Source: a virus
Lineage: Duplodnaviria > Heunggongvirae > Uroviricota > Caudoviricetes
Length of the DNA stretch: 64,000 nucleotides
Direction: 5' to 3' (one strand)
Virus record (IMG/VR): IMGVR_UViG_3300024348_000012
Part shown: positions 19,221 to 27,395 of the stretch, in pieces
How the letters are laid out: every line of letters starts with the position of its first letter
How positions within the stretch are numbered: the stretch's first letter is position 1
The notes under the pieces: model-generated
Told to the model about the DNA's origin: nothing
What the model saw: only the letters and a program-made list of their open reading frames with translations
Database searches by the model: none
Program-made: the position numbers and the translations under genes

Positions 19221-19568
19221 ATGAGTTTGACAATACAGAATTATTCTAAATTAGAAAGTTGGTCACACAATTATAAAGAGTTTATGATAGGTGAGGTAAT
19301 TGAAACTGAAACGGAATATCGTTTTAGAGTTGGTTATAATGGATTACCTTATACAATAAAAATATTTAGACAAATAACAATATCAAATGAATGTGAAATA
19401 GTATTAAGGGATGGAGCAGATACAACACAATACGGCAGAGAATGGATTAATGTTAGAAAGTTAAAATCAAAAGAATTAACTGCAATGATATTTGAAACAC
19501 TTATTGTAAAACATAAACCAAAAGCACGAGGAATAAATAATACGTTTTACAATAACGGCCCATTTTAA
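19221..19568 (+). CDS. hypothetical protein (MSLTIQN start; distant MLTIKN-family?)
   Basis: 115-aa ORF. Confidence 0.4.
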   Translation: MSLTIQNYSKLESWSHNYKEFMIGEVIETETEYRFRVGYNGLPYTIKIFRQITISNECEIVLRDGADTTQYGREWINVRKLKSKELTAMIFETLIVKHKPKARGINNTFYNNGPF

Positions 19569-19580
19569 AAATAAACAAAT

Positions 19581-19763
19581 ATGAAAACTGAATTTAGAAA
19601 AACATTAAAAGATAAAAGATTAGAAGATTTATCGGATAAGATAAGACGAGGTACGCCGGTATCAATGAGTGAAGCAATTGAAGTTATTGAGTACCAACAA
19701 ATGTTAAGAAAAAACAAAGTATCTTTAAAAGACAGAATTATAAATTTCTTTAAAATAAAATAA
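19581..19763 (+). CDS. hypothetical small basic protein
   Basis: 60-aa ORF. Confidence 0.35.
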   Translation: MKTEFRKTLKDKRLEDLSDKIRRGTPVSMSEAIEVIEYQQMLRKNKVSLKDRIINFFKIK

Positions 19764-19787
19764 TACGAAACCACAAACCACGAACCG

Positions 19788-19818
19788 AAGGGGCGGGGGT
19801 TGGGGGCGAGTCGTTTTA
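19788..19818 (+). repeat. G-tract element GAAGGGGcGGGGGTTGGGGGcgaGTCGTTTT
   Basis: Striking G-runs in an AT-rich genome; a near-identical copy lies in inverted orientation at 28709-28746. Confidence 0.6.
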
Positions 19819-19857
19819 GGAAATTTTTTTGATAGTATAAATAAAACAAAATAGAAT

Positions 19858-20055
19858 ATGAAAAAATATACATTAGAGGTAATAATGAATGTATCCCAAA
19901 AACTTAAAGAATATGAAGTGATTGCAGATTATTTTGAATGGAGCAATAGTGGATGTTATATATTTTACACAAAGGACAAAGGTAAGAGTACAATAGTCAG
20001 CACATATCCAATTAGTAGAACAATAATAAATAAAATTGAAGATGTTAACGATTAA
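19858..20055 (+). CDS. hypothetical small protein
   Basis: 65-aa ORF. Confidence 0.35.
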   Translation: MKKYTLEVIMNVSQKLKEYEVIADYFEWSNSGCYIFYTKDKGKSTIVSTYPISRTIINKIEDVND

Positions 20056-20359
20056 AGGTATAAGTAATACAGGATTAAAAGAGTTTCAATGGGCAGGTTA
20101 TGAGTGGGTATTATATGGTATTGATACAACGAGTTTAGAATATCGTTTTATCTTTATACCAATGGAAGCAGGTCGGTACGATACACATAAAGCACAAATA
20201 GTCCTTTTAGATAGGAATAAAAAAAGAATAGGTAGTGAAGTATTGGGTTATAGATTATGGACAACGGATGGCAAACATACATACCTTAATACAAAGGACA
20301 TACCTAATTGGAGTGCACTAGTAAAAGTAGTTTATGAAAATAGAATGGTATGCAACTAG
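20036..20359 (+). CDS. hypothetical protein, MLTIKG-start family member
   Basis: MKMLTIKGISNTGLKEFQWAGYEW. Confidence 0.4.
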   Translation: MKMLTIKGISNTGLKEFQWAGYEWVLYGIDTTSLEYRFIFIPMEAGRYDTHKAQIVLLDRNKKRIGSEVLGYRLWTTDGKHTYLNTKDIPNWSALVKVVYENRMVCN

Positions 20360-20489
20360 AATTAGATAACGGAAAATTATGTTATACACCAACGTGTGTA
20401 ATATATAAGGGCAAAGAGTATCCTGCGCCCGTATATTTGAAAACACTATTAGCAATGGACTATATAGTAGACTTATTAAAAACGGGTGA

Positions 20490-20765
20490 GTGGAAAAAAT
20501 AAAACAAGATAATATGAAAATAGAATTAGGATTAAGTGTATTAAGTAAAAGAGAAACCTTATTGGGTGTGCAACTAACAACGCATAACGGAGTGAGTGTA
20601 AAAGATGGTGAGTTATGTAGTGAACGAGTAGTGGAATTTAGCATTGGAATTATCTTTGCGATATTCACAATAGGTTTCGTAAGTATCGGTAATAAGATTG
20701 AAACGCCGGACAATGTTATGAAAGCAATAGAAGCATTTGAAAGTGAAATGGACAAGAATAAGTAA
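20490..20765 (+). CDS. hypothetical protein
   Basis: 91-aa ORF with one hydrophobic segment. Confidence 0.4.
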   Translation: MEKIKQDNMKIELGLSVLSKRETLLGVQLTTHNGVSVKDGELCSERVVEFSIGIIFAIFTIGFVSIGNKIETPDNVMKAIEAFESEMDKNK

Positions 20766-20768
20766 GAT

Positions 20769-21005
20769 ATGAACATAAAGAAAAACAAAATAGGGTTTAA
20801 AGGAATAACAGACCCTACATACATAACAAAGCAATGGAGTAGGATAAGTGGGTATAAGACGAGAGGGTATCGGAATAGAGTTAAGTTGGTAGGTAGAAGC
20901 AGAACATATATTGACAATCCCGAAATAACCCAACATGTGAAACGAAACCGAATACACAAAATGGTTGTAAACGGGAAAACGATTTTGAATAACGAGATAA
21001 AATAA
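20769..21005 (+). CDS. hypothetical small basic protein (IKG/ISGY family)
   Basis: FKGITDP...WSRISGYKTRGY. Confidence 0.4.
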   Translation: MNIKKNKIGFKGITDPTYITKQWSRISGYKTRGYRNRVKLVGRSRTYIDNPEITQHVKRNRIHKMVVNGKTILNNEIK

Positions 21006-21336
21006 ATTCAGCAAGTAATGATAGCAGTAGTAATAACAATAATAGTAATGGTCCTGTATAAGGTATATATAACTAATAAGATAAACGATAAGAAAATAAA
21101 GGAATTAGAACAAAGACTGGACGAATACTATAAGAGACGAGAGAACGAATTACTGAATAAGTTTAGAGACATAGAACAATAAGATATGAATAAGATAACA
21201 AAAAAAGATATAATAGAAGCAGTAGGGTTTATTTTAATGGTAGTGGGTATTATAACCTTGCTATGTGTTGCATATGAAGTGAACAAAGTAAGTAAGGACA
21301 TAAAGGTATTAAAGTCTATGACAATAAGAAAATAGA

Positions 21337-22029
21337 ATGAATACGTTTTTTACATATCCAATAGAAGTGAACGAAATCAAACCTATGAAGCAGTGTACTA
21401 CATGCAATGAAATCAAACCAATAGAGGAATATCATATGCACCCATCCTCAAAGGGGCATATAAGATGTGAATGTAAAGTATGTGTTAATAAAAAAAATAG
21501 AATTAAGTTACAAAAGATATATGATAACCCCGAACGATTAGAACGATATAAACAACAAAAGAGAAATCATTTTTTAAGGAATAAGGATAAAGCAGAGTTT
21601 AGAGTTAATCATGGTATAAGGAAATTAATTATAGCGGGATTTAAGAGGGCAGATAAGGGTAGAAAGGTTATAAGAAAAATGGATAAGACTGAAAGCATAT
21701 TAGGTTGTAGTGTAAATTTCTTTGTTGAATATATTAAGTCTCAATTAACAGACAATATGACAATGGAAAATTATGGTAGTGTATGGATATTAGGACACAT
21801 AGTTCCACAGGGATATTCATTAGATGATCCAGATAAAATAAATTTACTTAATCATTATCTAAATTATGCTCCACAAAATAAATTAGAGAATGGTGAATTG
21901 AATTGTAAAATATGGAAACAAAAGTTTACTGACTACCATGCAATGAAATATAAAACAATTATAGATGAATATAATTTGTATCAATCCAATAGATTAATTA
22001 GTGTATCAAACAATACTATATCAAAATAA
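21337..22029 (+). CDS. HNH-type (homing) endonuclease, putative
   Basis: N-terminal Cys cluster CTTCNEIKPIEEYHMHP...CECKVC plus C-terminal GHIVPQGYSLDDPDKINLLNHYLNYAPQNKLEN (H...N...N/H spacing of the HNH motif). Confidence 0.5.
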   Translation: MNTFFTYPIEVNEIKPMKQCTTCNEIKPIEEYHMHPSSKGHIRCECKVCVNKKNRIKLQKIYDNPERLERYKQQKRNHFLRNKDKAEFRVNHGIRKLIIAGFKRADKGRKVIRKMDKTESILGCSVNFFVEYIKSQLTDNMTMENYGSVWILGHIVPQGYSLDDPDKINLLNHYLNYAPQNKLENGELNCKIWKQKFTDYHAMKYKTIIDEYNLYQSNRLISVSNNTISK

Positions 22030-22035
22030 ATAAAT

Positions 22036-22102
22036 TAGTGTCAATTAGTGGGTAAAAGTGGTAAATTGTGTTAAAGAGTGTCAATAAGTGTTATGTGTCA
22101 AT
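22036..22102. repeat. iteron-like GTGTCAAT repeats (x3) with AGTGG repeats
   Basis: GTGTCAAT at 22038, 22078 and 22095 in the noncoding region 3' of the HNH gene. Confidence 0.5.
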
Positions 22103-22496
22103 ATTAAATCGTTACATACTTACACACTACAAAGAAAACAAAACACTATAAAAGTATATCAGTCAATCAGTTTATATCCCACCTTTGCGTTCTGCGAAAC
22201 AATTTTTTTCTGCAATACAAAACAATTGACAAAAAGAATTTCTGCGATTAGTGATTTGAACAGAAAATAATTCGGTGAGTGGAAAATAAATCGCCTGAAA
22301 CCCTTACTGGCTGTGGATTGCCGGACATGCGCACTCTAACTATTAAGATACGAAAAATAATTGACATTGCCAAATCCTTACTGGCATTGAGTTTCATCTA
22401 ACATATCAATTGATTCATTAGATATTATTTAATTCAACGTGGAGTTAAGTTTGAAAATATCTAAAATAACTAAAATTCATTAGAAATTTATTAAAT

Positions 22497-22555
22497 GCAT
22501 AACTCGTTGATAATCAATGTGCCGGCATAAACTACTGGAAATCAACGAGTTATGC
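22497..22555. repeat. perfect 15-bp inverted repeat GCATAACTCGTTGAT...ATCAACGAGTTATGC (about 29-bp spacer)
   Basis: Seen directly; the left arm plus AATCAAT recurs at 22612-22631; CCTTACTGGC is also repeated at 22302 and 22376. Confidence 0.6.
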
Positions 22556-22651
22556 CACAAAAATTCTTTATTGAGTATCAGTGCTTTACATATATTTTTT
22601 TTTGTTATGCCCGTAACTCGTTGATAATCAATAATAATTCTTTTCAAAACA

Positions 22652-22682
22652 TTTGGCCAGAATAAAATATTGTCGTATCTTT
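22652..22682 (+). promoter_or_regulatory. variant of the conserved promoter box
   Basis: tttggccagaataaaatattgtcgtatcttt with the same TTTG-N20-TA spacing. Confidence 0.4.
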
Positions 22683-23096
22683 ATGTATTGGGTTGAGAGA
22701 ATGACCCCTCACATAGTAAAAAATTATAATATGAATAGTAGAATGACAAACGAATTTACCGAAACCGCTTTTAATACATCTCGTAACGAAAGACCTATTT
22801 ATAGAAACTTTGCCGCAAGTAAGTTATCTAATAGTATTAAACCTCAATCAATTGTTGAGTTTACCGATTTTATGGGTAGAAAACATAAAGTTGCGGTTCG
22901 TAATAATACGGAGTTGAAAAAACAAATGAAGTTTTTTGGTATGTTGAAAAAAGAATCTGCAACGATTAAACAAATTATCTCGCAGTATCCTATTAAATTA
23001 GGTAAGGTTGAAAAAAGGTTTCTTGCTGAATGTAAAAGAGAATTGAAGTCAGTATTGAAATTGAATAACAAACAATTGGAAATAGTGTTAGGTTAA
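22683..23096 (+). CDS. hypothetical protein
   Basis: ORF; the ATG at 22683 abuts the promoter box. The track's TTG start at 22653 lies within the promoter. Confidence 0.4.
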   Translation: MYWVERMTPHIVKNYNMNSRMTNEFTETAFNTSRNERPIYRNFAASKLSNSIKPQSIVEFTDFMGRKHKVAVRNNTELKKQMKFFGMLKKESATIKQIISQYPIKLGKVEKRFLAECKRELKSVLKLNNKQLEIVLG

Positions 23097-23111
23097 TACC
23101 TACACTATTTT

Positions 23112-23393
23112 GTGTTTAAAGTAATTAGTAAAGTAAAAATGAATAATATGAGTAAAAGTAAAGTAAATGTCAAAAGTAACTATGACATCAAAAAAGTAAA
23201 AAGAGTTATGAGAATGAAAAACGAAGGATTTGAACCCACATCGTTTGAGGTATTTAAGGTATCAGGTCCTAATAAGTTTAAAAAGTATTTCGTTAGTCGT
23301 AAAGATGCCAAATCGTTTATTGACAATTACACCGATACTAAAATGACATTGGGTATAGTAAAAAACATTATGAACGAAATTAAAGTAAAGTAA
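23112..23393 (+). CDS. hypothetical basic protein
   Basis: 93-aa ORF. Confidence 0.4.
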   Translation: MFKVISKVKMNNMSKSKVNVKSNYDIKKVKRVMRMKNEGFEPTSFEVFKVSGPNKFKKYFVSRKDAKSFIDNYTDTKMTLGIVKNIMNEIKVK

Positions 23394-23669
23394 TATGAAA
23401 AAAGAGATAACATTAACAATGACTTTAAAACAATTAGAGTCTATTATATTCACAATGGGTATCGCATTAGATACTGATTGTAGACCAATGAATGATTTGA
23501 GTGAAAAGAAATTTGAAAAGATATCAATACTACGTGAAGTGTTAGAAGATATGTTAAACCAAGCAAAATAATATGATAACAATAGGAGAATTTTTAGTAG
23601 TATCAATCGTATCAATTTTAGGATACGCATTAATCAAAACAATAGTACAAACCATTAAAAGTAAATAAT

Positions 23670-24071
23670 ATGAATAAGAATAACACAATAACACCAAACC
23701 ATTTAATAGACCCAATAGATAGTCCAAACGAAATTTGGGAAAGTAAAGTAGGATATGATTCAGCAAACAAACGAATGATTGCAAAAGTATATCATTCTTT
23801 ATACTACATTATGGAACATTCAACATTGAAACCATCGTGGTTGGCAGTAGTAAGACATATGTTAACAATGGATGGTCGATTGAATGAAGTGAAAGTCAAC
23901 GGATACTATTCAACGATACGCAAGAACTTAAAAGACATTGAGGTAATTCAATACAATGGTCGTAAGGGATTGAGTAAAGGTAAAAATTGGGATAGGTTTT
24001 TTAGTGATGAAGATTGGACCTGGTTTATTACTAACACTAATAGTGGTGGGTATGGTAGAATTTTAAGATAA
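23670..24071 (+). CDS. hypothetical protein
   Basis: 133-aa ORF. Confidence 0.45.
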   Translation: MNKNNTITPNHLIDPIDSPNEIWESKVGYDSANKRMIAKVYHSLYYIMEHSTLKPSWLAVVRHMLTMDGRLNEVKVNGYYSTIRKNLKDIEVIQYNGRKGLSKGKNWDRFFSDEDWTWFITNTNSGGYGRILR

Positions 24072-24085
24072 TTAAATTAGATAGT

Positions 24086-24403
24086 ATGAATAGAAAAAAA
24101 CGAAACGATAGAAACCACATAGTATATGAGATAGTCAATACTGAAAATGGTAAGAGTTATATTGGTATTACTGCCGCAATTGGTAGACGCTTCCACTACT
24201 CTGCTAAACTAAGATTACAAAAGCACTTTAGTCGTGCACGTAAAGAGAATAAGAATTGGGCACTATATAACGATATGAGAGAGTATGCACAAGAGGTGTA
24301 CGATTTGTTTATCGTTAAAGTAATAAGAGGTAAAGCTGCCGCACACCAATACGAAACGAAGCAATTGCAAAAGTTTCATTATGAATTAAATAGTACACAC
24401 TAA
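24086..24403 (+). CDS. GIY-YIG domain nuclease
   Basis: HIVYEIVNTENGKSYIGIT (the GIY...YIG motif) followed by conserved Arg (RRFHY) and Glu. Confidence 0.65.
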   Translation: MNRKKRNDRNHIVYEIVNTENGKSYIGITAAIGRRFHYSAKLRLQKHFSRARKENKNWALYNDMREYAQEVYDLFIVKVIRGKAAAHQYETKQLQKFHYELNSTH

Positions 24404-24413
24404 AATTGAATAT

Positions 24414-24785
24414 ATGAGTAAGAAAGTAAAAGAAATTAAGTTAGGTAAGAGAGGTTATAAAGCCGTAGTTAAGAATAAGAAATTCAACTTTGGTGATGGC
24501 AAGCACATCTATGAAGTGATTGAGTTATCAGGTCCCAAGATGGACAAACCTCGTATCTTTGTGGATGAGGAATCAGTACGAAAATACATTGGTGAATTGG
24601 ACATTGAAATTAAAATGGACAAGTTAGAGACTAGCTTAATCAAAAATGTATTAAGTAAGAAGGATAAAAAAGAAGTAATCGCATCCAAAGAATTAGAAGT
24701 GATTACAGCATGGGACGCAACTGCAAACATATCTGCTTATATGAGAGATGAAAATGCAAAGAGACCCGAAGATAACGATAAATAA
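24414..24785 (+). CDS. hypothetical protein
   Basis: 123-aa ORF. Confidence 0.45.
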   Translation: MSKKVKEIKLGKRGYKAVVKNKKFNFGDGKHIYEVIELSGPKMDKPRIFVDEESVRKYIGELDIEIKMDKLETSLIKNVLSKKDKKEVIASKELEVITAWDATANISAYMRDENAKRPEDNDK

Positions 24786-24786
24786 G

Positions 24787-24818
24787 ATTTGGTAATGTCA
24801 AAAATTTGTCGTATATTG
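24787..24818 (+). promoter_or_regulatory. conserved phage promoter box
   Basis: tttggtaatgtcaaaaatttgtcgtatattgt. Confidence 0.5.
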
Positions 24819-24929
24819 TATATAACAAAGAGACATTAACAATAAAGATACAAGCGAAGCAAGGGTAAAAGGAAGCCGCCCTTATGGAGCTTGACTATTA
24901 TAAACATTAAAGGCAACCAAAAAAACAAC

Positions 24930-25238
24930 ATGGCTAAGAAAATTAGTACAAAAGTGAATTATCAGGTAACAGAATTAGTAAACAACTTAAACGAAGCGGC
25001 AACGACTCAAAGTGAACAAAAGAGAGATTTCTTTACGACTAGAGCATTGTATAACGCAAAACGTTTATCAACTATCTTATCTACGGCTAAAGTGGGTGCG
25101 ATGGCATTAGTGTTAACTATTGGTATGGTAGCATGTGGTGCTCCTGCAACTGAAGTTAAGGCTGATTCAACTGCTTCAGTAGCTGTTGATACAACTGCAA
25201 CTGCTCCAGTAGCTGATACTGTAAGTGCAGTAAAATAA
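24930..25238 (+). CDS. hypothetical small protein with internal lipoprotein-like segment
   Basis: ATG at 24930 (the track's 24891 is a TTG); contains MALVLTIGMVACGAP followed by a T/A/V-rich tail. Confidence 0.4.
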   Translation: MAKKISTKVNYQVTELVNNLNEAATTQSEQKRDFFTTRALYNAKRLSTILSTAKVGAMALVLTIGMVACGAPATEVKADSTASVAVDTTATAPVADTVSAVK

Positions 25239-25244
25239 TTTAGT

Positions 25245-25400
25245 ACGAGGTTGTAAAGATTCCATAGCAATATGGTTGTAAAGATTCCTCGTTCTAATGA
25301 AGCGGTGAAGGTGTAATGGTATCCACACGGACGAAAGCCCGCGGGAAGCATGATAGTCCCCCAGATTATAGGAGTTAGTTCAATTCTAGCTCACCGCTCT
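25245..25400 (+). ncRNA. candidate structured RNA / regulatory element (GC-elevated)
   Basis: ACGAGG[GGTTGTAAAGATTCC-atagcaatat-GGTTGTAAAGATTCC]CCTCGT hairpin holding a 15-bp direct repeat. Then a GCGGTGA...TCACCGC stem enclosing about 85 nt with a tRNA-like T-arm (GTTAG-TTCAATT-CTAGC). No full tRNA fold could be built. Confidence 0.25.
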
Positions 25401-25479
25401 ATGTTGTTAGCATATTGGTTACTTTACAAATGGTTATTCTCCGATTTACTTTACAAAGAAAGCAACAACACTTAACGAA

Positions 25480-25507
25480 GTGGCTCCCCAATAGAGCCAC
25501 TTTTTTT
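25480..25507 (+). terminator. rho-independent terminator
   Basis: GTGGCTC-cccaata-GAGCCAC followed by TTTTTTT. Confidence 0.6.
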
Positions 25508-25524
25508 ATAACCAAAACAATGGA

Positions 25525-25956
25525 ATGATTTACTTAAACACAAAGGTTGAAAGTTTAGAGAGAAAGCATGCCGTAGCAATAGCAAATATGGCATTGCGAT
25601 GGTGCCGGAAACATATGGGTATAAACAATAGAAAAAAATATCAGCCCATCTGGTCCATAACAAAAGGATATGATAGCGACTGTGGTGAATATGATGCTAC
25701 TGATAATGAAGTACACATATACTACAACAATTGCTACGATGTAAGAGAACTAATTGGAACGTGTGTGCATGAGTGGACACATCAATTACAACCGATATTA
25801 ACAAAATACGATGCTTACCCCGGCTCATATAGTAGAAACCCATATGAGAGGCAAGCAAGACGAAACGAAGACAAATACGTGCGACCATGTTGGGAGCACA
25901 TTAAAACAAAATCAAAATGGATTACGCAATCAAAAAACTTAAACAAGACGAGATAG
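25525..25956 (+). CDS. putative HExxH zinc-metallopeptidase-like protein
   Basis: IGTCVHEWTHQLQP (HExxH) about 20 aa before conserved Tyr/Arg residues. Confidence 0.4.
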   Translation: MIYLNTKVESLERKHAVAIANMALRWCRKHMGINNRKKYQPIWSITKGYDSDCGEYDATDNEVHIYYNNCYDVRELIGTCVHEWTHQLQPILTKYDAYPGSYSRNPYERQARRNEDKYVRPCWEHIKTKSKWITQSKNLNKTR

Positions 25957-26147
25957 TATTAATGAAAAAGATTAAATCATTGCAGGACGGCAAACCTAAG
26001 TGGGCAGCGTCAAAGCAGTTAGATGAAATCAGGTCCGCTATACAATTGTTAGAACGATACAATGACATATCGGAGCAGGACATAGAGAATGAAGATGAGT
26101 ATTTAAAACAAATCTTTGAAGTACATCCTGCTAAAGCAAAAGCTTAA
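25917..26147 (+). CDS. hypothetical small protein
   Basis: 76-aa ORF overlapping the previous gene by 40 nt. Confidence 0.35.
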   Translation: MDYAIKKLKQDEIVLMKKIKSLQDGKPKWAASKQLDEIRSAIQLLERYNDISEQDIENEDEYLKQIFEVHPAKAKA

Positions 26148-26184
26148 GTCGGACAATCTTAATAAAAATAAATTCAGTTAATAT

Positions 26185-26391
26185 ATGAATAGTAATAGTA
26201 TAGACATAGAGAAGTATAATAGTATAGAGATAGATAGACATAACACTATGGGAGATAAAGATTTCATAGAGTGGTGTAAACAATATAACATAGGTAGTAG
26301 AGTAGAAGCAGTAAGTGAACAAAGACTAAAAGCAAATGAGTTAATGTCGCAGTACACTAAGTACACTCACTACATAAGTAAAAGAAATTAG
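26185..26391 (+). CDS. hypothetical small protein
   Basis: 68-aa ORF. Confidence 0.35.
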   Translation: MNSNSIDIEKYNSIEIDRHNTMGDKDFIEWCKQYNIGSRVEAVSEQRLKANELMSQYTKYTHYISKRN

Positions 26392-26442
26392 ATTTGGTAT
26401 TCTAATGTTTTCATTTTTTTTGATTTAGCAAGAGTGAGGTAT

Positions 26443-26600
26443 TAAGGTTATCCTCACGACCCCGCAATGAGTAACATCGTTGCGGGATTCTTGTGCTTAT
26501 TATTTTTTGCGAACAGTTACGTGTAGCTCAACGCAAACGAGGTTGCTGCAAATTGGGTCGGATACGTGCGAATACCGGGGACCAATTTTTTTGCTATGGA
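26443..26600 (+). other. hairpin-rich GC-elevated intergenic region (terminators and/or ncRNA)
   Basis: GTGAGG-n12-CCTCAC; CCCGCAA-n12-TTGCGGG followed by a T-run; GGTC...GACC-AATTTTTTT. Confidence 0.35.
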
Positions 26601-26725
26601 CGCAATTTTGACATGATGTATGATACACACAAAGTGAAAATAGGTGTTTTTCTTTTACCTAAGTGATACTTATCTATACGATATCGGAATTAGTTGACTT
26701 ATTTTTTAACCAAACTAAATTAAAT

Positions 26726-26836
26726 ATGAAAGTATTAGATTTCGTTTTACACTATCCGTTTTGGGTAGGTGTATTAGTAGGGTGGAAGTTGATACCTTAC
26801 GCAGTGACATTTGTGAAAAGGTTTATTAAATTATAA
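26726..26836 (+). CDS. hypothetical 36-aa membrane peptide
   Basis: MKVLDFVLHYPFWVGVLVGWKLIPYAVTFVKRFIKL, followed directly by a terminator. Confidence 0.3.
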   Translation: MKVLDFVLHYPFWVGVLVGWKLIPYAVTFVKRFIKL

Positions 26837-26844
26837 ACTGAGAA

Positions 26845-26874
26845 CCCTCTACTTAAAATGTAGGGGGTTTTTTT
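26845..26874 (+). terminator. rho-independent terminator
   Basis: CCCTCTAC-ttaaaat-GTAGGGGG followed by TTTTTTT. Confidence 0.55.
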
Positions 26875-26899
26875 ATTTACAAATAAGATATTTATTAGT

Positions 26900-27094
26900 A
26901 TGAAATTAAAAGAACTATTAGTAAAGATGTATGAAGGTAATTGTGAAAGATTGCCAGATGAGAGTGATGAAGATTATCTAACACGTTGTAGTAATTCAGT
27001 ATTCAATCTACCAGGTAATATCTCACAAAGAAGTAACCTACCCAATGTAATGAAAAAGAAAATTGTAATTCCTATCCCTATTAAAGAAAAATAA
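26900..27094 (+). CDS. hypothetical small protein
   Basis: 64-aa ORF. Confidence 0.4.
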   Translation: MKLKELLVKMYEGNCERLPDESDEDYLTRCSNSVFNLPGNISQRSNLPNVMKKKIVIPIPIKEK

Positions 27095-27095
27095 A

Positions 27096-27395
27096 ATGAT
27101 AAAAGAAAGTGTATATGTAGAAGCGGCAGATGCATTTGGTACATCAATTGGAGTTGCACATATTATTGGATTTAAGAATAAGAGTGAACAAATAAAGGAA
27201 GAAGGTATAGAATCGTTTAAGAAGATAGAGCCAGAATTAGAAGTGAACTATATCATTTTAGACGCAATAGATGAAAACAAATACCAAGAACTACAAAGAG
27301 AAGTATATAAGATAAAACAAAAAGGAGATAAAAGATTAAAAGAAAAAACAATTTATAGAAAGGCTTTAGAAATAGTATTATATGGCAAGAAATGA
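27096..27395 (+). CDS. hypothetical protein
   Basis: 99-aa ORF. Confidence 0.4.
   Translation: MIKESVYVEAADAFGTSIGVAHIIGFKNKSEQIKEEGIESFKKIEPELEVNYIILDAIDENKYQELQREVYKIKQKGDKRLKEKTIYRKALEIVLYGKK

Noticed and set aside
22088-22270. 60-aa ORF inside the iteron/inverted-repeat island
   Set aside because: It lies in the only long gene-free, repeat-rich stretch. It is preceded by no promoter box and has odd composition. It is more likely a chance ORF in regulatory DNA.
17454-24929. N-terminally extended ORF versions starting at GTG/TTG (17454, 22653, 24891) from the ORF track
   Set aside because: The alternative start codons fall inside or upstream of the conserved promoter box, so they cannot be translated from the predicted transcripts. 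In-frame ATGs just downstream of the boxes (17481, 22683, 24930) are used instead.
25302-25397. Possible tRNA (7-bp acceptor-like stem GCGGTGA/TCACCGC plus a convincing T-arm GTTAG-TTCAATT-CTAGC)
   Set aside because: At 96 nt it is too long for a canonical tRNA. After assigning a D-arm (GTGT/ACAC) the remaining 45 nt cannot be folded into a 5-bp anticodon stem with a 7-nt loop plus a variable arm. The minus-strand reading also fails. Kept only as a candidate structured RNA.
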